Part shown: piece by piece, positions 1 to 14,247 of the stretch
Layout of the letters: each line of letters starts with the position of its first letter
Numbering within the stretch: the stretch's first letter is position 1
NCBI GenBank assembly: GCA_043228905.1
Contig: JBHGNT010000005.1
Coordinates: 8,866,001 to 8,930,000, forward strand
Direction: 5' to 3'
DNA length: 64,000 bases
DNA from: Azolla caroliniana
Lineage: Eukaryota; Plantae; Polypodiophyta
Made by a program: the position numbers and the translations under genes
The notes under the pieces: model-generated
Databases searched by the model: none
Told to the model about the DNA's origin: nothing
Seen by the model: the letters and a program-made list of their open reading frames with translations, nothing else

Positions 1-343
1 CAGGCTAATCGAACAAGGAGGAGAACATTCAAAGCCGATTCGACCGACCATCCGGACACAGAACCGAGGAATCGAGAAAGCTTAAATGAACCAAACAACA
101 AGACAACTTTCCAATGACTGGAAGTTGTGTTTGAAGGGGCATGTTGAGAATCAAACCCAACTTCCCCAAATGCAATGGTTTTCACACTAGCAACAAACAC
201 TCTAGGTTCAAGCAAGTTTTGTAAATAGTAGAAAGGGTAGTTGCCCTAAGTTAGTTGGTATTTAATCCAACCCTTTTTGTAACCAAGTTACTGTGGATGT
301 ATTTCATATTTTTCTAATATGGCTTCTTGTTCTCTCTCTCTCT

Positions 344-394
<51 letters not shown>

Positions 395-570
395 TTGTCT
401 TACACACACACAGAGTTCCTTCCGTTGCACAAGATCATCTACACTCTTCATTTCTTTACAGCTTTTAAAAAGAGAAGTCAAATTCCATTCATTTGATGGT
501 AAATATAGGCCATGGGTTTTTAGCATATTTCCACATCTCCCTTAGCGGTTCTATTAATCTATACTCAATA
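1..570 (+). mobile_element. 3' end of an LTR retrotransposon (probably Ty1/copia): 3' internal region, PPT, 3' LTR 142-570
   Basis: The purine tract TTGAAGGGGCA is followed directly by TGTTGAG at 142. The unit ends CTCAATA at 570 (degenerate CTCAACA inverted terminus). The same PPT/LTR-start style occurs in the Copia at 40360. Confidence 0.55.
330..391. repeat. (CT)n microsatellite inside LTR
   Basis: Direct dinucleotide run. Confidence 0.95.
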
Positions 571-599
571 ACTTCATATATCCATGGCATCACTTGAAA

Positions 600-1950
600 G
601 CTCTAAGGTATCTTCCACATCCCATCTTTTGAACCATTTTTTTATTTCAATTACCCAATTAAATGAGATAATTTTTCTCCTTCTTATTCTTTTGGAGTTT
701 ACATCAAACATTCCAAACAAGATATGGTAATCTATCATTTGGCATATTCTTGACTCTGGATAATTGCCATCTCATTTTAAATGGTTTTCATCGAACTTTG
801 AGAAGATACTCTCACATTAGGTACACTCTCTCACCCTCACAGGTGATCGGGATTGAATATATTGATGTCTTGTCTAAGAAGAACAAAAGCATGGCAAGGC
901 CTTGCCAAAGATACTATACTCAAAATGAGAGATCCTCTAATAGTAGACATGGTATCACACCTGTGGTTGTGGGATTTAAAAACTTCATTCCACATGCCAT
1001 CAAATCAAGGATGGTTCACCAAAGTAGGCTTATACATCAATGCACATTAGTTGACGTTGGATCCATTATTTTGGACTAATTACTAGATGGGAAACAACTC
1101 AAGCTTGATGAAGTTACCATGTGCCCGAGTTGATGAAAGTAGTTCAAATAGGATTAATAGAAATGAACCCAACTACATGAAAATGAATTTCTATCACGAA
1201 CAAGAGGAAATTGTCAACTAGGCCATATTTTGAGGACCATAATTAAAGTTTTGGAGGATCTCGTTATCATGCAAGGTTTATTGTACACCAATCTAGAATT
1301 TTTGTGACCATTGCATGCTCAAGAGAGCTAATGGATATCCACGATGTCCATGTAGGAGGTGGGAGGAAACCACTTATGTTTTTGGGTCGATGCCCATGTG
1401 CTCACTTAGTGGAAGAAGCGGGATGAGATATTGGAGAAGTTCAAGATATGGTTGGTCACTTTGGGAGGCAAAGATGGGTCGAATGAAAGCTCTATATGCA
1501 TTCAATATTTTTTATAAAGGATGAGGAATCCAATGAGAGTTTATAGCCCCTTACACTCCAATGAAAAATGTTGTTGTCAAATAAATGAATCGAAAAATCA
1601 AGGATCAAATTGTGTAAGGACTGTAACATGTGAATCTCAACTTGGAGTTCTAAGTGGAAATCTTGTTGGTTTTCTATGGAATGATAAACCTCTCCCTGTG
1701 CAAATAAAAAGCTTGATGGAACACAAGAGCTTTGGATCGAAAATGTGTGACAACAATTGTTATCTCCTAGGTTCTAAGGGAGGTCTCTGACAATGTTGGT
1801 CGACTCCAATCAACAATGAAGGGAACCATTCTTGACCAATAACGAATAGGGAGTTGGCATGCAATTTATTAATATCACCTCAAAAAGTAAATGATTATCC
1901 TCAAGTGATTCCAAAACGTCCCATAATGGGGTCCTTACACATAACTTAAA
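600..1950 (-). mobile_element. Highly degenerate non-LTR (RTE-like LINE) ORF2 remnant
   Basis: Fragmentary minus-strand peptides resemble RT/post-RT regions of plant RTE LINEs. Many stops and frameshifts; boundaries approximate. Confidence 0.4.
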
Positions 1951-4900
1951 AATAATATTTTATTTGTTTATAATTATATCATATTCTTGGATTTTTACAT
2001 GTCCTTTGTCAGAAGGCCAACATTGGTGAATTCATGGGACATCGATATTGTAGCAATCCAGCAGCCTAAAAGAAAAAATTCTCAAATAACAAAATGTCGG
2101 TGTTGACTATGTATCTGATATTCCTATTGAAAGTGATGTTGATAACTGTTTTTGGATTGTTCATTGGGACCAACGCCAACCACATTGGGAGTAACAAAAT
2201 GTCTCGACTACATGTCGGTATCAAATGTATTTGGCGATACAAACGCTCAACTTGGTCCGGGGTCTTCCTCTTTAACTAACTCTCAGTAAGACTATAATTG
2301 CGGAATAAGCTCCATGCAAGTCTCCCCTAGGTGCCCAAGCAACTTCGGAATTTTAACAACATTGACCACAAAAAACATCCTATTTAAAACTAATCTTGTC
2401 AATGAGGTTGGCAAGTTTTATAAAGTGTACAATTGCCGTTCCATGACAATCCATGTCAAATATGCATGATCATACCTAGCATTATGGTTCGATGAATGAC
2501 CCATACATGTATATCCACGATCATGCCTAACATTTGAGATCCACGCAAGATATATAATATAACCCATCCACGATACGAATCTATGGCACACGGATGAAGC
2601 ACACCTATGACTATGTTTACAACATTAATTTTATGGGCTTTAATTAGCATTCATAATATTAATCATAATACTTTGAAGATCAGTAGTGGTAATATAAGCT
2701 CTAAGTAACACCCATAATCAACATTAACATGGGTGATATTATGAATGCTTTACAAAGCTCACAAGACCATTATTATTTTTATTATTGTTAAATTTAAGCT
2801 AATGTATAGGTTGGCTTGGCTTAATTTAACAAATAGGGGTACTATGGCCAAGGGATCATAAGCTTTTGTAATTACCCAATATTTATACAATACATGCATT
2901 ACGTTTGAGCAACTATTGTGCAAATTCATCTTCTTTTCTTCAATTTTATGTGACATTCATCCCCTTTTTAATGTTAGTAAACAATAGGCATTTTGGAAGA
3001 TAACCAACGAGAGTTTCTGAGGGTCTTAGTAAGTTGTGGACGAACATTTCTGAATTAAAAAGAAATATCATAATCAATCAATCAATCATTTGAGAGAGAT
3101 GCAATAAGGAAACTTTCATATTTAGTTGTGAGTTGAGGTTGAAGTTATTTATAGCGCTAACGTCAATTGTTACAATATAATTGACTTGACTATAGTATTG
3201 GGAAAATATATGTGCAAGTAACAATGCAACCATGTGATTCATGTTGTACTTCGAAATGTTTATTGTTGTCTTGGTGAGATGAACTATGTGCTCACAATTA
3301 TTTACATTGTGATTAATGTCGTTGACAGTTGTATTAGGTAATTTTGAGATATATAAAGTTTGAATGGGAGTCTTTTTAATGCTTTGAGCACTCTTTAATA
3401 GGTGCCAAAAGGGGCCAAAAGCTCATCCCAATGGCAAACGGCACATTAGGCACAAACTCCCAACATTAGCCCTTACATAAGCTTTCTTGTCGAATCTCGG
3501 AACCAAGGTCTACAAAATAGTATTCCCTAGAAGGAAGTTTTCATTAAAAGTTGGCGAAGAAAACTCAACAACACAAGGCTTGCAAAATATTATCTCTTAG
3601 ACATCCGACTTTCATAAATCTTACAATGACGTACTTCCTAAAACAAAAAAGTGTGAGACCAAAAACTGACGATATGATATTTCCAAAGTTGTTACACTTT
3701 ACGAAAAGCATGTAAGATCCTTCCTTCCCTCCGTAGAAACCCATATTTTGAAAACACTCTCAATACCATCGCATGTACTTTTTTCTTCAAAAAGTCATAT
3801 CGAAGCAAAAAGCTTTGGAGTGGAGTAATTTCGAGAAATCAAATATTTTTCGAAATAACGGTGAGATAGAAAAGGTAATGAAGTAATCAATTGCATTCAA
3901 AGAATGGCAAGAGTCAAGACATGTTGCCTCTTTCTTTGTATATGTAGTGATGGGCACCTTCGAAGGCAGAGTGGCGGCCCCTTTGTAACTAACATGTATA
4001 GGTAGTCTCTTTAGCAAATGACACGACCATTACATTTGTTGTGAGTTGTGCAACCACATTGTATAGCTTTTTCTATACAAAAAAACTCCTAACTAATGGG
4101 AAAGCAACATCTTATTTGGAAAAAAAAATATCTAAAAAAGAGATGGAATAATGAAATTAAACAACACAACCACAACTTAGCATTTGCAATCACGAAGAGA
4201 CTATGATAATGCATAAGAATATGCACACGACAATCACGTGCATGAGAATGGATCACATCGTAAACTTGGTCATAGGTCATAATCCATATACTTGTTGGAA
4301 TATCACAAAAATATAGGTTGACATGCACAACTAACTTCATCATTGTGTAATACATGGCTCATCACTAATCCAATTTTGAGTGAGAACATAGGAAGCAAAG
4401 TCTCGACGAATTATTTTGTAGATCAATACCCTAGTCCAATTGCAAAATTGAATCGGATGTGGCACTTTTTGTTGTATTTTAGAACGATTTTATAAGGTTC
4501 TTCCACATACTTGAGCAATGAAAGTAATGAATATGTAAAGTATTATAACAGTACTACTACTACTACTACTACTAATATAAAAGGAAGCCGAGTTACATTT
4601 ATGCTTATGACTCATGAGTATTATTATTGAATTAAAATTTGTGGCTATTGATTGAGACACGTATTACACGTTTGTACCATGCCCTATATGCTCCAATTAC
4701 CTCGCATTGCCGTAAAAAGGCTCTATGTGCATGTGTTTGTGTTTGGGGAAGGTGAGTAAAGACTATTCAACATTAATTCATGTACATATTGTCGAGAGGG
4801 TCGGTCATGCAAAAGAAGAAAGCAAGAGATACCCCCTTCCCTTCCCTCTGTTTTTTTTTTTTGGTTTCTTTTGGCCATTCATGCTCATCATGCAAGGAGA

Positions 4901-5182
4901 GTAAATTGGCCATTCATGCTCTTTGACTCGTCTCTCTTGGCCCTCGGGGACGATTCAAGGAAAAGCAAGAAAAGGAAGCAGCTCAAATATCCCTCCAAGT
5001 CCGTCCGTCCGTCGTCTACGTGGTGTGTGTGTGTGTGTGTGTGGTGGTGGGTCTCATAAAATTTCCCCCATAAATCAGTTGGCCCCGGCCCCCCCACATT
5101 GGGCGGTCAGGTCAATACAGTGTCTTGTCATTTTGTTGAAGTGTGTGAAACCGATGGAAGGTTCGGGTGTGGGGCATCAAGC

Positions 5183-5217
5183 TCGGTTCGGTTCGGTTCG
5201 GCTCGGTTCGGTTCGGT
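5183..5217. repeat. (GGTTC)n pentanucleotide repeat upstream of the desaturase
   Basis: CTCGGTTCGGTTCGGTTCGGCTCGGTTCGGTTCGG seen directly. Confidence 0.85.
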
Positions 5218-5590
5218 AGGTTAGGGCGGGTCGCAACCTCCATCTCCACTCCACCTCCATCATGTCAGCTCCTGCTGTTCCTGCAGAGGGCTCTCCCTGT
5301 CTGTCTGTCTCTCTCTCTCTCTCTCAATCGCAGCTGCAGTCTGATTGATAACAAACAGTCAGTCAGTCTCTACTACTGTCATTGCACACGCACACCTTCC
5401 TCCTCCTTCCCCACACACCCACACCCACACTAACCTAAATCCTTTATAAACAGTTCTAACCTAATCGATCGACAGCTCTCTCATCCATTCCTCCTCTAGT
5501 CTTGCCTTTCTCTCCCTCCTTCTCAGCGAGAGCTTCCTTCCTCCATCTCCATCTCCATCTCCCATCTCCCATCTTCCATCTTCCATCTCC

Positions 5591-8541
5591 ATGGCCCCTC
5601 CCTCCCTCCTCTCGCACAGACATGGAAGCGGAGATGGCGACGACGAGGCACACCCCCCCCTTCATCCTCCCCCACCCTCCTCCTCTTTCCATGCTCAAGA
5701 AGACCGCCTCCGCCGCGCCTGCAATGGTAGCACATACGACCTTCCTACTCTCTCCTTGTCCCAGATCCGTGCTGCTATCCCCGAGAAATGCTGGAAGAAA
5801 GACTCGCTCCGTTCCATTGCTTACTTCCTGCTTGACGTCTCCATCGTCTCCCTTCTTACTGTGTCTGCTCATTTCTTTGCCAACAAGCATCCCTGGCTCT
5901 TTTGGCCTCTCTATTGGTTCATGCAAGGTACCATGTTCTGGGCTCTCTTCGTCCTGGGCCATGACTGGTAAGCTCTCTCTCTCTCTCTCTATCTCTCTCT
6001 CCTTTTCTTTCTCCTTCGTCCGTTTCTCACTTCCTGCTGCTTCGCGAAACGTTTCCCACCGTTTCCTTCCTTAACGTTTCTTAGCTTCCGTCATAAATCA
6101 TGCATCTCCCAGCTTCGTCCCTCGGGGACTTTGTTTGTTCGCTTTCATGGCTTTATCATCACCTCCTCTCCGATCTTCTACAGTCTCTCTCTTTCTCTCT
6201 CATTTCAAATGTTTGCAGGCCTCCCACCATTTTTTTTTTCCCTGTTCATCTTTTTCCCATCTTCTACAGTTTCCGGCTGTTAGATCTGTGCATGCATATG
6301 TCCACCCTCACATTGCTTCGGATCCTCGACGGTTGTCTTGTTTAAGATCTTTCCATTCATTCCTCCCATTCTTTAACAGACCACAACCTCGTTTTGGAAC
6401 CTTCTAACAGTCTCCATTTTTTCCACCTTATGCATGCATCCTTTTCTTCCTTTATATTCCATCTTCTTGGTCTTATCTGCCGTTTTCGCAGGACCTTTGA
6501 TACTTTGCATATATCGTCCCGAACTGTACTTTCATTTGTCACCTTAATCTTTACGTTCGTTCTGTGTATAGTCGCATCCATCCGCCCCTCTTTTTGGTCG
6601 GATCTGTACGTTCACCGTTTGAATCTCTAAATTCATCTTTGCATTCGTCGTCTGTACTTCCTTGCGTTTATCCATCATTTTCTTTATTTTGGATCTGTGA
6701 GCATTAATGAACAATCCGTTCTGTTTTAAACTATGCTAATTTGATTGCCTTTTACCCTTGTACCACATCTTTACCTGCTTTGTAGTGGACATGGAAGCTT
6801 CTCAAATAGCAAGAAGCTAAACGACGTCATTGGCCACCTGACTCATTCCTTCATCCTTGTGCCTTACCATGGGTGGTACGTTGGCATATATATAGTCAAT
6901 GTTGTGGCTTAATCTACATACCATTAACGTGGCTTAAATTGACTGGAAATTTTGACCTTTGCAGGAGAATCAGTCATAGAACACATCACTCCAATCATGG
7001 TCATGTAGAGAGAGATGAGTCATGGCATCCTGTGAGTGCGCATCATTTATAATTTCTATCTATATCCTTGATTTAAAATAATCAAGAAAGTGCTCTGAGG
7101 CCCCGTACGTATTCTATGTTTATAATCAGCTTCCTGAGAAGCTCTATCGGAGTCTCAGCGATCGAACTAAGATGGCAAGGTTCTCGCTCCTGTTGATGTT
7201 TGTGTATCCGTTCTATCTGGTATTCCTCTCTTGAATGCCTTATTCTTCAGGTGGTTTTAGAGTCTATATAAGTTTGTCATTAGTATGAGCCTAAACCAGT
7301 GACTAGGATCATTTACCACTGTGTAGAAATTTTCATTTACCACTATTGAAAAAAATTCAGATTCTTGTTTTGTAATGTTCGAACATAATTGAATGCTTTT
7401 TTGATTTATTTTAAATATTTAAGCATCATGGGAAATTGGCATGATCTTCCAAATGTTTGATTGTATAGTGGGGTAGAAGTCCTGGAAAGGAAGGATCTCA
7501 TTTTGATCCTGACAGCCCTCTGTTTTCTCCACGGGAAAGGAAAGATGTCATGACATCCACAGCCTGCTGGTTCGCCATGGTGGCTATACTGGGAGTCCTC
7601 ACAATTGTCATGGGCCCTCTGTGGGTTGCCAAAATCTACGTGGCTCCTTACTGGGTCAGTATTTTTGTTTTCTTTAGTCGCGTTTGTATTTCATGCTCAA
7701 ATCTGATGTATAATGCCACATGTATGTGCTCAGGTTTTCGTGATGTGGTTGGATATAGTGACGTACCTTCACCACCATGGCCATGAGGAGAAAGTTCCAT
7801 GGTATAGGGGTCAGGTAATGTTATCTATGATGAATTTATGTTCACATGTGATTTGCCTGTGTTAAATGGCAACTCAATTTTGCAATAATCATGCATGCAT
7901 AAATAGATACGATGTGTTTAAAGATTTGTAACTCGGCTCAGAATTTGGATACGATTCTTTCAGGAATGGAGCTATACGAGGGGAGGTCTCTCTACTATCG
8001 ATAGAGATTATGGCTGGTTCAACAAAATACACCATGATATTGGAACTCATGTAGTTCACCATTTATTTCCTCAAATACCTCATTATCATCTAGTGGAAGC
8101 AGTAAGTGTTTGTTCTTTTTTGTGGCCTTTACCCCTCCCTGTATACATCGGTACCCATGTGCATACTGCAAGTTCCCGCATCAAAAATTTACTGGACAAA
8201 CAAGCAAAAAAATAGTTACACCCCTCATCCTTCTTTGAATAGTGATATGGTCCAGATGCATTGCTCAGATTAGTGTGACCAAGATAGGAAACATGTGGAT
8301 TTTGATACACTGGATTGTAGCTTGCGTTACGTATTGACCTTTCCTGTTGTTTTTTTGCATTATGCAGACCGAGGCAATCAAACCCGTGCTTGGAAAATAC
8401 TACAGGGAGCCCGAGAAATCAGGACCTTTCCCAACCCATTTATGGAAGATCTTAGTAAAGAGTATATCTGAGGATCACTATGTTAGTGATGTGGGTGATG
8501 TGGTCTTCTATCAAACCGATAAAGAAGCCAAAGTAGCATAA
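5591..8541 (+). CDS. FAD3: Omega-3 (delta-15) fatty acid desaturase, probably ER-type; 8 exons: 5591-5967, 6786-6875, 6965-7031, 7130-7219, 7469-7654, 7734-7814, 7964-8101, 8368-8541
   Basis: The spliced product has the three His boxes HDCGH, HRTHH and HVVHH, plus [24 protein letters not shown] and [11 protein letters not shown]. All introns are GT-AG, in the 8-exon layout typical of FAD3/7/8. The short N-terminus lacks an obvious transit peptide, which favours FAD3 over FAD7/8. Confidence 0.93.
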
Positions 8542-10231
8542 TATCCTCCATTATCAATGGAGACCACACTTGGTATAACAACATTAATATCCCTATTTGG
8601 TTCTGTCCAAAATTGGAACCGCTTGAATAAATTTGAATAACCCCTTTCCTCTAATGTGTAACTTTAAGAATGTATTTTGGTAAAAATTGAAGAGCTATTT
8701 TTAGAGACATTTTGGTTGGTGAGAATGCTATTTCCAGCACCTTTTGGGTGCTCTACTGAATTGGGGCATTATTGATGATGGGAGACCTCTAATTGTGGAT
8801 TATTATTCTTATCATTATTATTATTGTTCACATTTAGATGGAAATTGAAAGAGAAATACAATTTAGTTTCTCGTTACCTTTTTGGTAGATATTCAATATC
8901 TCTCTTGTATTTCCCACTTGTTTAATTAGCCCTCCTTAAGGAGGGCGTAAAATTTAGTTCTGATGGTGAGTGAATAATAATGTCTGTTATCCCACACGAT
9001 ATAGGGAAGAAACATCCCTTTCTGCAGCTTGATGTGACTCGTTGGCATGTAGAATGGATTAAAAAATACTGTGCTCTCTTTCAAGTGTGTAGGAACATGC
9101 GGTTTCTGTTGATTAACAAAAAAAAGATGAATTGATTTAAATTTTATAGCGATTGTGACATGAATCAGGTGTAAATGTTTTAATGATGTCAAGGCTTTTT
9201 TCTTGTTGCCCTACTGTAGTAATCACTCTCACGTGTTCTATCTGAACGAGATACTGAACGTTACTACTTTGTCTTATGATCATCTCTCGCAACACTAGGA
9301 AAATGCTTGGAGTAAAATATGAAGGTGTGGCTCTCCCTCTAGGGCTTTTATGTGGGGGGCATATGATTAGCTAGGGCTATTTGGTCTTAACACTCAATAT
9401 GGTGCGCACAAAGGGATCCCATTATATCCCTAGTCAAGAATTAGCTAGGGCTAGGAGTATTTGGTCTTAATACTCAATATGGTGTTTTAAAAATGATCCC
9501 ATGTTGATATGTTGAACCATCACGTATATTTCACCGTTGTTTTGTTCATTTGACTATTAAATGTACACACAAACGTGTAGATTTGGTTCTCTTGTTAAAT
9601 GTTCATTTCAATTGCAAAAGGTTGTGATGGAAAATACATGAGGAAAAAGATACTCTGGAGCATGTGACACTATGTATGTATTCATGGTATCACACCTGTG
9701 GTTGTGGGATTTAAAAACTTGTGGACACTATGTATGTATTCAAATCTCTTGACAAATTGAATGTTGTGGATTGTTAGAATTGTACGTCGTAGACTATAAT
9801 TGCACAAAAGTCGCCTTTATGTTAAGCGGAGAAAAGAGCACGTATTTGTATAAAGATCTCTTCCTTTCCTTGTCAATACTCCTACTCAAGTGGAGTGTGG
9901 TAAGTTTTGCTCTTTTTTTTTTGCATGGTAAATACATGATTCTTTGCTTTCGTGCATTTCCTATGATTTGTATCTGCAAAGAAAGCAATCAAAAGTCGCT
10001 AGTCCAAGCAATCAATTATCAATATCCAAAAAAAGAATGACAAATTTGAATGTCAACCATGGTTGTAAGTTTTGTCACCATCCATGATTAGAGTTATATG
10101 GACATGTCATTCTTTTCCAACCTTTGATGATAACCATTGGCACAACTCAAGATATCAACGATACAAGATACTTATGGCCACTCTCAAGAAGTGCTTTATT
10201 TGTGCTTCTTTCATCATCATAGGTAATAACT

Positions 10232-10608
10232 AAGTGTTATTTGCTAACTAATGCGAAGTAGTGTTTTTTTGGTAATAAAAAAAAAGCACACGTTATTGAC
10301 ATAGTCACAAACTTTTGGTAAGTGAACCCAGAATTAGGCAAATTGTTGATGAACCAAGTTACATATCTTAACTCTTCGATAACTTTAACATTGGAATTGA
10401 AGAGTAATAATTTGCTATTGGCTTTACCAAGTGTTATTTGCTAACTAATGCGAAGTAGTGTTGTTTTGGTAAAAAAAAACACGCTTTATTGACATAGTCA
10501 CAAACTTTTGGCAAATGAAGCTGAGTTAGGCAAATTGTTGATGAACCATGTTAAATATCTTAACTCTTCGATAACTTTAACATTGGAATTGATGAATAAT
10601 AATTTGCA
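10232..10608. repeat. Tandem duplication, 2 x ~197 bp
   Basis: AAGTGTTATTTGCTAACTAATGCGAAGTAG...CATTGGAATTGA recurs at 10232 and 10429. Confidence 0.85.
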
Positions 10609-12786
10609 CTTACATATCTAAATCTCATCGACATTGTGCTAATATTGTATTAAATCTAATGAGAATTTTTAAGAATTGCTGAAATCATCAAGCTTGTGGT
10701 TGGGTGTTGGTTAATCTATACATTTTTGGTGGATGATCTTAATTATTTATAAAGTTATATCTTATATCCCACGGCCAATTTTTATATGCTTGATGTGAAA
10801 AGGTCTCAAAAATTTGCTCCATGAAGGAATTAAGTTGAAAATGTAAATATATTTAAGACCTAAATCATTTATGGCTGATGATAATTTATGGAGGTCTAGA
10901 AAGGGACATATGCTAGAAACATTGGAGAAGAAAGATAGTAACATTCAAGCAAACAATGCCCCATGGTATGGTTGCCCACGTTTTCAATGGATGTATATTC
11001 TCAAGGATATGTGGTCCCATAGATCCAATTTGGACAACACTTTCTGTGCAATTGTAAGTTAATGGATTTGATTAAAAATTAAATGCTATTAGTTGGGTGT
11101 GATTCTAAAAGAGTGTTGGAGAATATGAACTTTTAATTTTGCGTTGTTTACAAATATTTCCCCATCATTTTCATTGAGAAGGAAATAATTGGGTTGACGA
11201 ATTAGAGAAGTTTTAAGCATATCAATAATTTTATGTGAAGTTCTTTTTATAGACAAGTGTCTACCATTACGTAGTCAACATGCTTTCTTTCATACACGTA
11301 CGTTATGGGTACCTAAAACAAAGGACAGTGTGTGGAAGAATATAAAAACTCTATAGTCCCAACTTTAGAATACATATTGGTCTATTCCACGTGCTCAAAT
11401 TTTCAAGTTGAAAACTTTTGTTTGACATTTATTTGATGGTAAAACTTACGAAGGCAAGTGGGTCTATAAACATCTCATGGAACATCCCAATTCATGTCTT
11501 CATGTCGTTACACAAGTTTTCCTTCACTCGTCCATGGCCCCATGAGTTACTTCAACCATGCATAAAGACTAGGACTTGCAAGAACATAACTTGATTTTTT
11601 TATTTTGGACAAAGATGGAAGACGAGACAAGATGAACATAAAGACAATGTTTACTTTTGCAAAATTCCCAACTTCAATATAATATTTAGGCATTGAATGG
11701 AACCATATAATCATTATTTTCAATTTTATTTTAGGTGATGGATAATGAAGAAGGGGAAATAGATCTCATTGCAATCCAATGAAGAAATTAAGGACATCGC
11801 TAGAAATCCTAGTCCCTATATGAGTTCTAGGCGGTAATAATATATCGAGGATAGAGTGTATGTGATATTTTCGAGCACATCGTGATCTTAGGTTATATAG
11901 ATTTGGCCTTTGCATATATTCTTTATTGCACTTTAGAAAGTCTAAGCTGATGTTTGGTATTTTAATTTTGTTGGCGAGGCATATAATTGATTTCTTTCTT
12001 CTATTGGCTTCTACTATACTTTGATTTTGTTTTATGCACTGATAGGTTTTGATTTTGATTTTCCATCACATTTAACAATCTATGAAAGAATGCCCCTTTC
12101 ATTTAGTACTCACCCTTCATATTCTTTCTTTTTTTTCCAAAAAGCTCACCCTTCCTATTCTCCTTTTGCTCTCAAGCTATAAGAATCATATTTCTTCTCT
12201 CAAGCTTTGAGAATATTATTTCTACTTGCAAGCCTATCGATACTTACGCCATGTTCATGGAATTTATCAATATCATGTGTGAATGAGCTATACAATTTTC
12301 TCCTTTCGAATTTTAATTGGCCATGTATTCTTGCGGCAAACCCCCTCTCCTAATGGGATGGTTAACTGCACAGAAAACTATAACTACTTGTACAAAATGA
12401 CCTTATTAGGATCTTACATCAACAATAAGACACCAAGTACCCATATAAGCTCACAATATTCAAGGAGAATATTGAAGTGAATGTGCAATATAAGTTCATG
12501 CCCATTGGGGAGATGATAATATTTAGGACATGAGAACATTAGGAAAAATCACATATCTTAGTTTGCTCGTTTCATCCATTTCCTTGTTGTCTTATAGACC
12601 ATGAACGAACTTAGAACTAAAGGGAGCATTAGGGCAAAGAAAAAACTTGTGTCGAAGCCTTTTCATGAGGCTATAGAGGTTAGAGCACTAGCTTACAATA
12701 AAATAAGGTAACAACGAATTGTTTGCTATTAAGAGAAGGATGATTACATGATAAATAAATTCTGTATGTCAAGTTTCTATTGATAT

Positions 12787-12858
12787 GTCGTTGTAGTATA
12801 GTGGTGAGTATTCCCGCCTGTCACGCGGGTGACCCGGGTTCGATCCCCGGCAACGGCG
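12787..12858 (+). tRNA. tRNA-Asp (anticodon GUC)
   Basis: GTCGTTG...CAACGGC acceptor stem, D arm TAGTATAGTGG, anticodon loop CTGTCAC, T arm GGTTCGATCC. Matches the canonical plant cytosolic tRNA-Asp. Confidence 0.97.
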
Positions 12859-12867
12859 TAATTTCAG

Positions 12868-12872
12868 TTTTT
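12868..12872 (+). terminator. Pol III oligo-T terminator of tRNA-Asp
   Basis: T5 run about 10 nt downstream of the tRNA. Confidence 0.6.
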
Positions 12873-14247
12873 ATTATTCCTTTTGCATACGAATAGCTGC
12901 CTTTTATCCTTGTTTTCGTGAACAAATCTCGCATTTGGCTGTCCATTCGTCCAAGAAGAAACCACTGCCAATAAGATGGATAGATATATATAATGGGTCA
13001 AACTCTCTCAATTTCGAAGCTTGGCACGACTGAGCTTGAATCATATATATACGAGATTTGTTAATGCCTTACTTGAGCAAAGGCAATGAGGCTTATACTG
13101 AAGGTGACCTTGAAGTTGCCACCATGATCAACACAACAAACACAAACTACGAGGGATAGCAAGAAGGTGAAAGTTACTTCTTTTTTTTTTGTTCCAATAA
13201 GAGGTTAAAGACAATCACCGAAACAAAAGAATATGTTCTTGTAACCCAATCTTATAGCATATTTTGACTTGTCTGTAAAGTAGGCATATATATAAATATT
13301 TCTCTAGGAAATAGGTTGCATTCCCTTATAAATATCTTTGCAGTGTAGTAAATTATAATGATATTTTAAATTCTATTTGGGCTTCTACAAAGCAACCAAA
13401 ATAGATGGTCCATATCAGGCTTATGAAGGCATCATTACCATTACATAAGGTATAACCAACAAGTTTTGCCCCCTTTCATTGGCTTTGTAATGACGTAATG
13501 GTATAATCGACAAATTTACATTACAAACATACACTCCTTAACATGCAGAATGTATATGTCAATGAAATAACCTCGCTAGTCAAAAAAGTTATGTCTTCTT
13601 AGATTCAAGACTATCTATTGGATGTGCTTTTCTAAAAGGCTCCCACCAGTATGGAAGCAATCAACGTTTTTCTTGAACTTTGCTTAAGCACTCCAACTAG
13701 TATCACCATATCCTGATTTAGATATTTCATGATTCATATTATTTATCTCTAATATTCAACTTATTTATTCTTTATTTAGTATTTTCTGTTTTTTTATTGG
13801 TTATAATTTGATCTATATGATGCTCTAGTTCTCATTTTTAACATTAGGCACTCACTTGATAATTCAATATGTGTCAATAGCAAGATGCTAGTCAAATCAG
13901 CCTGATTATGGCAATATGCCTTTACTATTTGCAGAGGAAATTAGCCCTTCTCACGTATTAAAATATTTAGTGAAGCTACTTAGTCATATCAAGGGTTTTC
14001 AGGAAATGGAAGCACGTGCAACTTACCTATGTTAGTTAGTTAACACACTTCCATGAGAGTGATCTGAGTCTGCCTGCTTATGAGGTGAATAGCAATTGCC
14101 AATAAGTGCTTCAATTGCTACATTACTTTCTATACAGCTTGCCTATGTTCACTCTGACTGTAATAGCAAATCACAGACTAACTTAGCCTCAACTCTAATG
14201 ACTTTAAAATTTATTCACTTTCTCGGACACAATGTTTGGTTATTAAG

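Noticed and set aside
4553-4585. Helitron-like 5' end ((CTA)n ATATAAAAG)
   Set aside because: No 5' TC at an AT site, and no matching 3' hairpin/CTRR identified.
5456-6074. 168-aa and 190-aa ORFs overlapping desaturase exon 1
   Set aside because: Alternate-frame or antisense shadows of a GC-rich exon and CT repeats.
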